In this document: positions 1-6,830 of the stretch, piece after piece
Layout of the letters: each line of letters opens with the position of its first letter
How positions within the stretch are numbered: the stretch's first letter is position 1
Source: Candidatus Methylomirabilis limnetica
GTDB lineage: Bacteria; Methylomirabilota; Methylomirabilia; Methylomirabilales; Methylomirabilaceae
Length of the DNA stretch: 18,392 bases
Assembly: GCF_003044035.1 (NCBI RefSeq)
Contig: NZ_NVQC01000029.1
Coordinates: 1-18,392, forward strand
Reading direction: 5' to 3'
Made by a program: the position numbers and the translations under genes
Notes under the pieces: model-generated
What the model saw: the letters and a program-made list of their open reading frames with translations, nothing else
Databases searched by the model: none
What the model was told of the DNA's origin: nothing

Positions 1-293
1 AGCGCCGTGGTGATCGTCTTGGCGTGGCGGCCGGCATAGCGGGCCGCTGCACCACACCCACACGCAAGCTGCGGGCCGGCGTGGTCGGATTCGTCGGCGT
101 TGAGGCGCCCCTCCACCGCGCGACAGGCGACCCCGAGCGCCTGTCGGCGTACCGCCGTCTCGATCGCCTCGAAGTCGATCCCCTCGGCCGTGCCCGGACC
201 GATCAGCGCGTCGACCTCGGCTTCGATCTCGGCAACGAAGGCGCTTTTGAAGCCCCCTTTTTGGCCGCCGAGGGTTCGGCCGCCTGGGGGGCT
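1..293 (-). CDS. DDE transposase, ISKra4-family-like, N-terminal portion only (partial, continues beyond position 1)
   Basis: The - strand frame is open from 293 to the window edge. It reads KGGFKSAFVAEIEAEVDALIGPGTAEGIDFEAIETAVRRQALGVACRAVEGRLNADESDHAGPQLACGCGAAARYAGRHAKTITTA. The RLNAD-SDH-GP..C.CG..ARY.GR..KT pattern matches my memory of ISKra4-type transposases. There is no ATG/GTG/TTG start in this frame, which lies -1 relative to the upstream ORF. Confidence 0.5.
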
Positions 294-628
294 TTAAGCT
301 GATCGTTACACAGTTTTTCGCTGACATCGACCAACTCACGGATCAGGCGACGAAACCGACGATATGCTGTAATCTGCTCCAGGGTCTGCGACACCGCCGC
401 GGCCGGGATAATCTTGGTCCGGGTCTTGCCCTCCACCGCATGGGTCAAGGACCAGCTGGGGCCATGCCCTCGCTCGCCCTGACCCGCACATCGGCAGGAG
501 GGCTTGCCACACTTGCGATAGCGCGCCACCAGAGAGCCGGGCCGCATATCCCCTACGGAGACGAGTTGCGCCCGCAGTGCATCACGTTGCCTTGAGAGTG
601 CATCAATCGGCGGAGTAGATGGTCCCAT
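203..628 (-). CDS. DUF6788-type zinc-ribbon protein (IS orfA-like), 141 aa
   Basis: ATG at 628 sits behind AAAGGAGG. The protein MGPSTPPIDALSRQRDALRAQLVSVGDMRPGSLVARYRKCGKPSCRCA..GHGPSWSLTHAVEGKTRTKIIP carries the RYxKCGKPxCxC / GHGPxxxLT signature typical of DUF6788. The longer 688 start in the ORF track lies upstream of the predicted promoter -10 and is rejected. Confidence 0.75.
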   Translation of the reverse strand: MGPSTPPIDALSRQRDALRAQLVSVGDMRPGSLVARYRKCGKPSCRCAGQGERGHGPSWSLTHAVEGKTRTKIIPAAAVSQTLEQITAYRRFRRLIRELVDVSEKLCNDQLKAPQAAEPSAAKKGASKAPSLPRSKPRSTR

Positions 629-640
629 GGGGCCTCCTTT

Positions 641-693
641 CTGACAGTTAATAAGACTGTCAGAATTATACCCCAAGCCCGCGCCCACTGCAA
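641..693 (-). promoter_or_regulatory. Sigma70-type promoter with a perfect 7-bp-arm palindrome between the -10 and the RBS of the DUF6788 gene
   Basis: On the - strand: TTGCAG (693-688), a 17-nt spacer, TATAAT (670-665), then CTGACAG-N9-CTGTCAG (663-641), AAAGGAGG and ATG at 628. Confidence 0.55.
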
Positions 694-744
694 CTCCCTA
701 AGCAGCCTCACTTTTATGTCGTGCACCCCCGGGAAGGTTTTTAG

Positions 745-773
745 TTGCATTGATTCTGAAAAGGGGCTAACGT
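745..773 (+). promoter_or_regulatory. Possible ftsE promoter just outside the IS end
   Basis: TTGCAT (745-750), a 17-nt spacer, TAACGT (768-773). The -10 is weak and this is a sequence match only. Confidence 0.25.
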
Positions 774-872
774 GGGGGGCTCAAGGAGAGGTGAGAATGG
801 GCTCTCGCCTGTGGCCCTGCCGTGGGCCAGCGGAAGAGAAGATGCAAGGAGGTCAACCAGGGCTGTTTCGCT

Positions 873-1577
873 ATGATCCAGATGTTTCATGTATACAAGA
901 CGTTTGGAAAAGATCTGGAGGCTTTGGTCGATGTTGATCTTCATGTTCACAAAGGGGAGATGGTCTTCCTGGCTGGTCCCAACGGTGCCGGAAAAAGTAC
1001 GCTACTCCGCTTGATTTTTTGCGACGAATTTCCTACCTCTGGTCAGATCCTGGTCAATGGCCGCACTACCGTCCGCATGAAACCGAGGGCAATCCCGTAT
1101 CTGAGGCGGACCATGGGGATCGTCTTTCAGGATTTCAAGCTCCTTCGCAACCGGACTATCGAGGAGAACCTTGCCTTGGTGGCCCTGGTGGCCGGCAAAA
1201 CGACGATACAGGCACGGCAAAAGGTCGCACAACTGTTGAAGCTGGTGGGGCTTTCTCACAAGGCACAGACAGTTCCGTCTAAGCTGTCAAGCAGCGAGCA
1301 GCAGCGGGTGGCGATGGCGAGGGCGCTGATGAATGATCCTCTCATCCTCTTGGCCGATGAGCCAACCGGGAACCTGGATGCTGAACAGGCCACAGACGCC
1401 ATACGACTTCTTTTTGAGATTAACGCGCAGGGGACCACCGTCCTGGTGGCCACTCACAATCTCAAACTGGCAGAGGAGGCGGGCTGTCGCACAGTATTTC
1501 TCAAACAAGGAAGGATCGTCGAGGAATGGCAGCGGGTGAATCGGCCGACAGATCCGGCTCAGCAGAAAAGGGTGTAG
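873..1577 (+). CDS. ftsE: Cell division ATP-binding protein FtsE
   Basis: Walker A GPNGAGKST, signature LSSSEQQRV, Walker B ILLADEPT. About 234 aa and immediately upstream of ftsX. Start chosen at MIQMFHVYKTF by homology-like N-terminus; the GTG at 822 is an alternative. Confidence 0.9.
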   Translation: MIQMFHVYKTFGKDLEALVDVDLHVHKGEMVFLAGPNGAGKSTLLRLIFCDEFPTSGQILVNGRTTVRMKPRAIPYLRRTMGIVFQDFKLLRNRTIEENLALVALVAGKTTIQARQKVAQLLKLVGLSHKAQTVPSKLSSSEQQRVAMARALMNDPLILLADEPTGNLDAEQATDAIRLLFEINAQGTTVLVATHNLKLAEEAGCRTVFLKQGRIVEEWQRVNRPTDPAQQKRV

Positions 1578-1589
1578 GGTAGAGAGTAG

Positions 1590-2489
1590 GTGATGATTGA
1601 GAAACTGAAGCATCTGTTGGCTCATGCCCTGATCAACATGGTTCGCGCTGGGTGGGGTGGCTTGGCGTCAATCGCCAGCATCACAGTGTCGTTTGTCATC
1701 ATCGGCATCTTTCTCCTTTTGATCCAGCATTTCAACGCGCTTGTTACTGAGTGGAAGGAACAGTTTCAGGTTTCTGTTTTTCTGGATAATCAGATCACCC
1801 CGTTGCAGCTAGAGATGCTCAGGCGACGGATCGAAAGCGAGGCGGCCGTCAAGGCCTTCACTTTCACGACGAAGGAGGAGGCGCTCACAAACTTCCGCCG
1901 GGAACTCAAGGGGCAGGAAAGTCTCCTCGAGGGCCTAGGTGATAATCCGCTCCCCGCTTCGTTCCAACTCAAGATCCGCGAAGGGCATCAAAGCCCGGAG
2001 GCTCTCAAAGGGCTCAGCACGTTCCTGAGCCGCCTTGAGGGGGTGGAGGATATTCAGTACTGGCAGGAATTGGTCGAGCGAATTTCCCATGCCGCACGGC
2101 TCATCAGGCTGCTCGGCATCATAATCGGTTCGGTGCTGACGCTAGGGTCAGCTATGATTGTCTCGAATATCATTCGGCTCGCAGTCTATGCCCGTGCACA
2201 GGAGATTGAGGTCATGCGCCTCGTAGGTGCGACTAAGGCCTACATCCGTGCCCCCTTCCTGGTGGAGGGGATGCTTCAGGGCAGCCTTGGCGCCGTGCTC
2301 GCCTTGGGTATACTGTTCGCGGCCTACCGATCCGTCGCACCGACCTTCAATTTGGCCTCCCAGCTCTTCCCGACAGCGGCGGGTCAAGGATTCCTGGAAT
2401 CGTCGATGATGGCAGGTTTGGTGGGCGGGGGCGCAGTGATCGGCGCTCTGGGTAGCTCGATCGCTGTCAGCCGCTTCCTGAAGATGTAG
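1590..2489 (+). CDS. ftsX: Cell division permease-like protein FtsX
   Basis: 299 aa with an N-terminal TM helix, a periplasmic loop and 3 C-terminal TM helices. Follows ftsE by 12 nt. Start is GTG 1590 or ATG 1593. Confidence 0.88.
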   Translation: MMIEKLKHLLAHALINMVRAGWGGLASIASITVSFVIIGIFLLLIQHFNALVTEWKEQFQVSVFLDNQITPLQLEMLRRRIESEAAVKAFTFTTKEEALTNFRRELKGQESLLEGLGDNPLPASFQLKIREGHQSPEALKGLSTFLSRLEGVEDIQYWQELVERISHAARLIRLLGIIIGSVLTLGSAMIVSNIIRLAVYARAQEIEVMRLVGATKAYIRAPFLVEGMLQGSLGAVLALGILFAAYRSVAPTFNLASQLFPTAAGQGFLESSMMAGLVGGGAVIGALGSSIAVSRFLKM

Positions 2490-2504
2490 CCGGCAGTCGC
2501 TCGA

Positions 2505-3749
2505 ATGGGGACAATGGCTCGTTCGCCTCTTGCCCTTGGGGTAGTGGTGGCTCTCATGGCGGCCCTTCTCTTCTGCCCGCCATCCAGCTTGGCAGTCGAA
2601 ACAAGAACAGGACCATCTTCGCGTCTCCGCGAGAAGCGCGAAGAGCTCAAACAGGTAAAAAGGGAACTGGATCGGGAGCGGAAGCAGGCGCAGCAGGTGG
2701 CACGGAAGGAGCGATCACTTTCCGATGAGTTGGCTCGGATTGATCGGGAGCTTCAGCAGAAGGGACGGGAGCTAAAGGAGCTGCAGGCGAGGCTAAAGGT
2801 GAGTACGGAACGGCTTCAGACCACCCAGCGCGATATCAGGCTGACCCGAACTCACCTGGACACAATACAGGGCCTGTTCCGGATGCGTGTCCGCGCTATC
2901 TACAAGCAGGGGCGGTATGGCTACGTCCAGGCCCTCCTGTCCTCGGAGAATCTGTCTGGCGCAGGGCGCCGCGTACGATACCTCGCTGCAATTGCGAATC
3001 AGGACCAGCGGATGGTTGCTGCCTACACGGCTGTCATCGAGACCCTGGGCGCCCAACAGGCCGAGTTGGAACAATCGAAGGCTGAGCTGACTATGGGTCA
3101 GAAGGCCGTCACAGCAAAGCGCGAAGAGATCCTGGAGGAGCAGCATGCCAGACGCCTGTTGCTGGCCAATGTTCAGGAGCAGAAAAAAACCCATCTGGCT
3201 GCCGTCCAGGAGCTGGAGCTAGCGTCCCGCGAACTACATGGTCTCATCGGGCGTCTGCAGCAGCAGTCGCGGTCTCAGGTCAAGAGAGCGCCTCGCCCGG
3301 ATTCGTTGCGGGTACCGAGCCTCCCTGAAGGACCACCTGGCTCGTTTGCATTGCTCAAGGGCCGCTTGCCGTGGCCGACGACCGGCGACATGGTCTCTAC
3401 TTTCGGCCGGCAGGAGCACGCACGTTATAGGACGATAACCTTCAACCACGGCGTCGAGATCCGTGCTCCCGAGGGACAAAAGATCGCTTCGGTCTTTGAA
3501 GGCGTTGTGCTGTACGCCGAGTGGTTCAAAGGGTATGGCCGCTTGATCGTCCTTGACCACGGGGAAGGCTACTACACCGTCTATGCGCATGCCGCAGAGT
3601 TCCTCGTCAAGGTGGGCGATCGAGTGGCGAAGGGGCAGGCTATCGGGTTGGTAGGTAATACTGGGTCAGTGACCGGATCACAGCTCTATTTCGAAGTGCG
3701 ACATCGGGGCGGGCCCCAGGATCCAGTGGCTTGGCTTGCCCCTAACTAA
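2505..3749 (+). CDS. envC: EnvC-like murein hydrolase activator (coiled coil plus degenerate M23/LytM domain)
   Basis: Signal peptide and a long coiled-coil region (ELKQVKRELDRERKQAQQ...). The C-terminal LytM domain lacks metal ligands: NHGVE replaces HxGxD and QLYFE replaces HLHFE. Located after ftsEX. Confidence 0.8.
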   Translation: MGTMARSPLALGVVVALMAALLFCPPSSLAVETRTGPSSRLREKREELKQVKRELDRERKQAQQVARKERSLSDELARIDRELQQKGRELKELQARLKVSTERLQTTQRDIRLTRTHLDTIQGLFRMRVRAIYKQGRYGYVQALLSSENLSGAGRRVRYLAAIANQDQRMVAAYTAVIETLGAQQAELEQSKAELTMGQKAVTAKREEILEEQHARRLLLANVQEQKKTHLAAVQELELASRELHGLIGRLQQQSRSQVKRAPRPDSLRVPSLPEGPPGSFALLKGRLPWPTTGDMVSTFGRQEHARYRTITFNHGVEIRAPEGQKIASVFEGVVLYAEWFKGYGRLIVLDHGEGYYTVYAHAAEFLVKVGDRVAKGQAIGLVGNTGSVTGSQLYFEVRHRGGPQDPVAWLAPN

Positions 3750-3752
3750 ATA

Positions 3753-3803
3753 CAGCAGTCAGCTATCAGCCATCAGCTAATAGCTGAATGCTGATAGCTG
3801 ATT
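3753..3803. repeat. Heptamer-built palindromic intergenic element
   Basis: CAGCAGT CAGCTAT CAGCCAT CAGCTAA followed by the inverted TAGCTGA ATGCTGA TAGCTGA. The 21-nt arms (3759-3779 and 3781-3801) have 2 mismatches. No T-tract follows. Confidence 0.85.
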
Positions 3804-3818
3804 AACTGGGAGGAATCG

Positions 3819-5156
3819 ATGAGATCTAAAGATCTTTTTCGGAAGGGGCAAAAATGTCTGGTAGTTGTATTGACCATGGTGCTGTTGATCATCGGTGGCG
3901 GCAACCATGAGGTCACGGCTGTAGAGGATAACTATGAGCGGCTGAAGGTCTTCACCGAGGTCCTATCGCTGATCCAGGCGAATTACGTGGAGGAGACGAA
4001 GCCCGGTGACCTTATCTACAGCGGCATTAAAGGGATGCTGGAGGTACTCGATCCTCACAGCGCCTTCATGCCGCCCGATACTTTCAAAGAGATGCAGGTC
4101 GAAACCCAGGGCTCGTTCGGCGGCCTGGGGATCGAGATCGCGGTCAAGGATCGGATGCTCACGGTGGTAGCGCCAATCGAAGGGACCCCCGCCGATCGGG
4201 CCGGCATTCATCCGGGCGACCGGATTGTGAAGATCGACGGGAACCCGGCCAAAGAGATGACCCTCATGGAGGCGGTGAAAAAGCTCCGCGGCCCCAAGGG
4301 CACGAGCGTCACCCTGGCTATCCTCCGTGAGGAGTCCTCTGGCCCGTTCGAGCTGACGTTGGTTCGGGAAGTTATCGAGGTGAAGAGCGTCAAGGCTAAG
4401 GATCTGGGCGATGGGATCGCCTATGTCCGGATCAGTTCGTTCCAGGAGCGGACAGGGAAAGACCTCCTGAAGGCGATCGAGCAGTTGGGACAGGGCGTGG
4501 TGTCGGCCATGGTGCTGGACCTTCGCAACAACCCGGGTGGCCTCCTGAATCAGGCCGTTCAGGTGTCCGATCTGTTCCTGGACCAAGGACAGCTCATCGT
4601 CTACACCGAGGGTCGGCTCAAGAACCAGAATCTCCGCTTCTCAGCCGAACACGGGGCTCAGTTTCCCAGAGTCCCTATAGTGGTCCTGGTGAATGGGGGC
4701 TCCGCCAGCGCCTCCGAGATCGTCGCGGGCGCCCTTCAGGACTGGAAGAGGGCGGTGATCCTTGGGACAAAGACCTTCGGGAAGGGGTCAGTACAGACGG
4801 TTGTTCCGCTGAGCGATGGTTCCGGCCTGCGCTTGACCACGGCGAAGTACTTCACGCCGAAGGGGCGATCTATCCACGGCACCGGGCTTGTGCCTGATAT
4901 CATCGTGGAGGCACCACGGCCCACCATGGGCAAGGCGCAGGGTGGCCCCAGTGAAAAGGAGAGTGAGCCTGGAAAAGAGCGTCCTGAGAAACGGCAGGAG
5001 AAGAAGATTTCTGAGGAGGAGGGAGACGCGAGTCTCCAGATTAGCAGGCGCGAGGGGCCCGATCCCAACAGCGACGTCCAGTTAAAGCGGGCGATGGAGA
5101 TTCTCAAGGCGAGCCAGATCATCGAGAAGGGATTCGTGAAAGGGAGCGCAGGGTGA
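3819..5156 (+). CDS. ctpA: Carboxy-terminal processing protease (S41, PDZ-containing)
   Basis: Signal anchor and PDZ (GLGIEI...GTPADRAGIHPGDRIVKIDG). Catalytic Ser motif GGSASASEI and Lys motif TFGKGSVQ. Charged low-complexity C-terminal extension. Confidence 0.9.
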   Translation: MRSKDLFRKGQKCLVVVLTMVLLIIGGGNHEVTAVEDNYERLKVFTEVLSLIQANYVEETKPGDLIYSGIKGMLEVLDPHSAFMPPDTFKEMQVETQGSFGGLGIEIAVKDRMLTVVAPIEGTPADRAGIHPGDRIVKIDGNPAKEMTLMEAVKKLRGPKGTSVTLAILREESSGPFELTLVREVIEVKSVKAKDLGDGIAYVRISSFQERTGKDLLKAIEQLGQGVVSAMVLDLRNNPGGLLNQAVQVSDLFLDQGQLIVYTEGRLKNQNLRFSAEHGAQFPRVPIVVLVNGGSASASEIVAGALQDWKRAVILGTKTFGKGSVQTVVPLSDGSGLRLTTAKYFTPKGRSIHGTGLVPDIIVEAPRPTMGKAQGGPSEKESEPGKERPEKRQEKKISEEEGDASLQISRREGPDPNSDVQLKRAMEILKASQIIEKGFVKGSAG

Positions 5157-5162
5157 TAAATG

Positions 5163-5211
5163 CAGCGATCAGCTATCAGCTTCAAGCTGACTGCTAAAAG
5201 CTGATAGCTGC
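5163..5211. repeat. Heptamer-built palindromic intergenic element (same family as 3753-3803)
   Basis: CAGCGAT CAGCTAT CAGCTTC then AAGCTGA CTGCTAA AAGCTGA TAGCTGC. Perfect 13-nt inverted arms CAGCTATCAGCTT (5170-5182) and AAGCTGATAGCTG (5198-5210). Confidence 0.85.
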
Positions 5212-5219
5212 TCTTCACA

Positions 5220-6260
5220 ATGGCACACCTAACCTTGGGGATTGAAACCTCGTGTGACGAGACGGCGGCCGCTGTACTGGAGGATGGCCGGAGAATTCGG
5301 TCTTCCGTGATCGCCTCTCAGGATACCCTCCACGCCCCCTTCGGCGGGGTCGTTCCCGAGTTAGCCTCTCGCCGTCACGTGGAGGTTATCTGGCCGGTGG
5401 TCCAGGAGGCACTCGCCAGGGCAGGGGTGACCCTCGCCGAGCTTGACGGGATCGCGGCAACGGCGGGACCAGGGCTGATCGGTTCCCTGCTGGTTGGTCT
5501 ATGCTTCGGCAAGGCGCTCGCCTTTGCCCGTAATATCCCACTGGTCGGCGTGAACCACCTGGAAGGACATCTCTATGCCGCCACGCTGGATCATGAGGGA
5601 CTATCTTTTCCCTTCACCGGACTCGTGGCATCAGGTGGCCACACCAACCTCTATCTGGCCACAGCCCCAGGGGTCTACCGCTTGCTCGGTCGGACCAGGG
5701 ACGATGCTGCTGGAGAGGCCTTCGACAAGGTGGCCAAGTTGCTCAGCCTCGGTTATCCAGGGGGGCCGCTGATCGAGGAGTGGGCGCGTAAGGGCGACCC
5801 TAACGCTGTGCGGTTTCCCAGGTCGGTTCCTCCGAGAGGTTCATACGATTTCAGCTTCAGCGGCCTGAAAACCGCAGTCGTCAATTACGTAAAGGGTGTC
5901 GGGGGAGCAGTCCTTCAGCCTTCAGCCTTCAGCCTTCAGCCTGATCTTGTTGCGGACATCTGCGCTGGATTCCAAGAGGCGGTGGTGGATGTGCTGGTTC
6001 GCGTGAGCCTGGCGGCGGCGAAGGCGTCCGCCTCTCGCCGTCTCGTCCTGGTCGGAGGGGTGGCTTGCAATGGCAGGCTCCGATCGAAGCTCACAGAGCG
6101 GGCGGCAGAGGAAGGCGTGCAGGTCTACTACCCCAAGCCCTCTCTCTGCACCGATAACGCCGCCATGATCGCGGCTGCCGGCTACCCTCGCCTTCTACGC
6201 GGCGAGCGATCCTTACTTTCGTTGAACGCCGATGCAAATCTCACGCTCGGCCTGACGTAA
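5220..6260 (+). CDS. tsaD: tRNA N6-adenosine threonylcarbamoyltransferase TsaD
   Basis: GIETSCDETAAAV N-terminus, NHLEGHL metal motif, SGGHT and GGVACN motifs, 346 aa. Confidence 0.92.
   Translation: MAHLTLGIETSCDETAAAVLEDGRRIRSSVIASQDTLHAPFGGVVPELASRRHVEVIWPVVQEALARAGVTLAELDGIAATAGPGLIGSLLVGLCFGKALAFARNIPLVGVNHLEGHLYAATLDHEGLSFPFTGLVASGGHTNLYLATAPGVYRLLGRTRDDAAGEAFDKVAKLLSLGYPGGPLIEEWARKGDPNAVRFPRSVPPRGSYDFSFSGLKTAVVNYVKGVGGAVLQPSAFSLQPDLVADICAGFQEAVVDVLVRVSLAAAKASASRRLVLVGGVACNGRLRSKLTERAAEEGVQVYYPKPSLCTDNAAMIAAAGYPRLLRGERSLLSLNADANLTLGLT
5912..5942 (+). repeat. CCTTCAG heptamer tandem tract (4 units plus a partial) inside the tsaD coding sequence
   Basis: CCTTCAG at 5912, 5919, 5926 and 5933, plus CCT. 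Translated through all three phases as LQPSAFSLQP. Confidence 0.9.
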
Positions 6261-6270
6261 GAGAATACGA

Positions 6271-6774
6271 ATGGCGAAGCTGTCGATCCTGCTCTACCCA
6301 TCCCCCGTCATCCGGAAGAGGTCGCTGCCAGTCACGTCAATCGATGGTGAACTTCAGCGCTTCATCGATGACATGGTGGAAACCATGTATGCGGCCCCAG
6401 GCATGGGGCTTGCCGCTCCCCAAGTGGGGGCACTCAAGCGGGTCATCGTCCTGGACCCTTCTCAGGATCGCGCGATTGCGCGGCCCATGGTCCTTATTAA
6501 TCCCGTGCTGGTTGCTGCTGAAGGGCAAATCGTAGAGGACGAGGGATGCCTCTGTATCCCAGACCTGACGGAGCCAATCTCGCGATTCAGGCAGGTGGTG
6601 GTGAAGGCCTATGATCGGAATGAGAAAGAGATCATTCTGGAGGAGGATGACCTGTTCGCGCGAATCCTACAGCACGAGATCGATCACTTGAATGGCATTC
6701 TGTTCATCGACCGCCTGAGCACAGCAAAGCGTCTCCTGCTCAAGCGACGGCTTAAGAAGGCCGCTAAAGACTAA
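6271..6774 (+). CDS. def: Peptide deformylase
   Basis: Motifs GLAAPQVG, EGCLCIP and HEIDHLNG, 167 aa. Confidence 0.93.
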   Translation: MAKLSILLYPSPVIRKRSLPVTSIDGELQRFIDDMVETMYAAPGMGLAAPQVGALKRVIVLDPSQDRAIARPMVLINPVLVAAEGQIVEDEGCLCIPDLTEPISRFRQVVVKAYDRNEKEIILEEDDLFARILQHEIDHLNGILFIDRLSTAKRLLLKRRLKKAAKD

Positions 6775-6777
6775 GGT

Positions 6778-6830
6778 GTAGGGGCGCTGCTTGCTACGCC
6801 CGCCTTGGGCAGGGCAAGCCCTGCCCCTAC
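6778..6830. repeat. 53-nt structured repeat, copy 1 (between convergent def and the SurA-like gene)
   Basis: GTAGGGGCGCTGCTTGCTACGCCCGCCTTGGGCAGGGCAAGCCCTGCCCCTAC. Terminal 8-nt inverted repeat GTAGGGGC/GCCCCTAC and an internal hairpin GGGCAGGGC-AA-GCCCTGCCC. Contains the TAG stop of the SurA-like gene (6827-6829). Confidence 0.85.

Larger units (their letters stand above)
1..728 (-). mobile_element. Partial insertion sequence (ISKra4-family-like). Its 5' end is at about 728 and the body runs off the left window edge.
   Basis: Contains an orfA-like DUF6788 gene plus a transposase frame. The outer boundary is placed where homology to the second copy (13913 onward) begins (GGGTGCAYGACATAAAAGTGAGGCTGC on the - strand). 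The other IS end is outside the window, so terminal inverted repeats cannot be verified. Confidence 0.6.

Noticed and set aside
24-302. 92-aa + strand ORF at the left edge
   Set aside because: It is antisense to the transposase and DUF6788 frames, which have recognisable protein motifs. It is a typical GC-rich shadow ORF.
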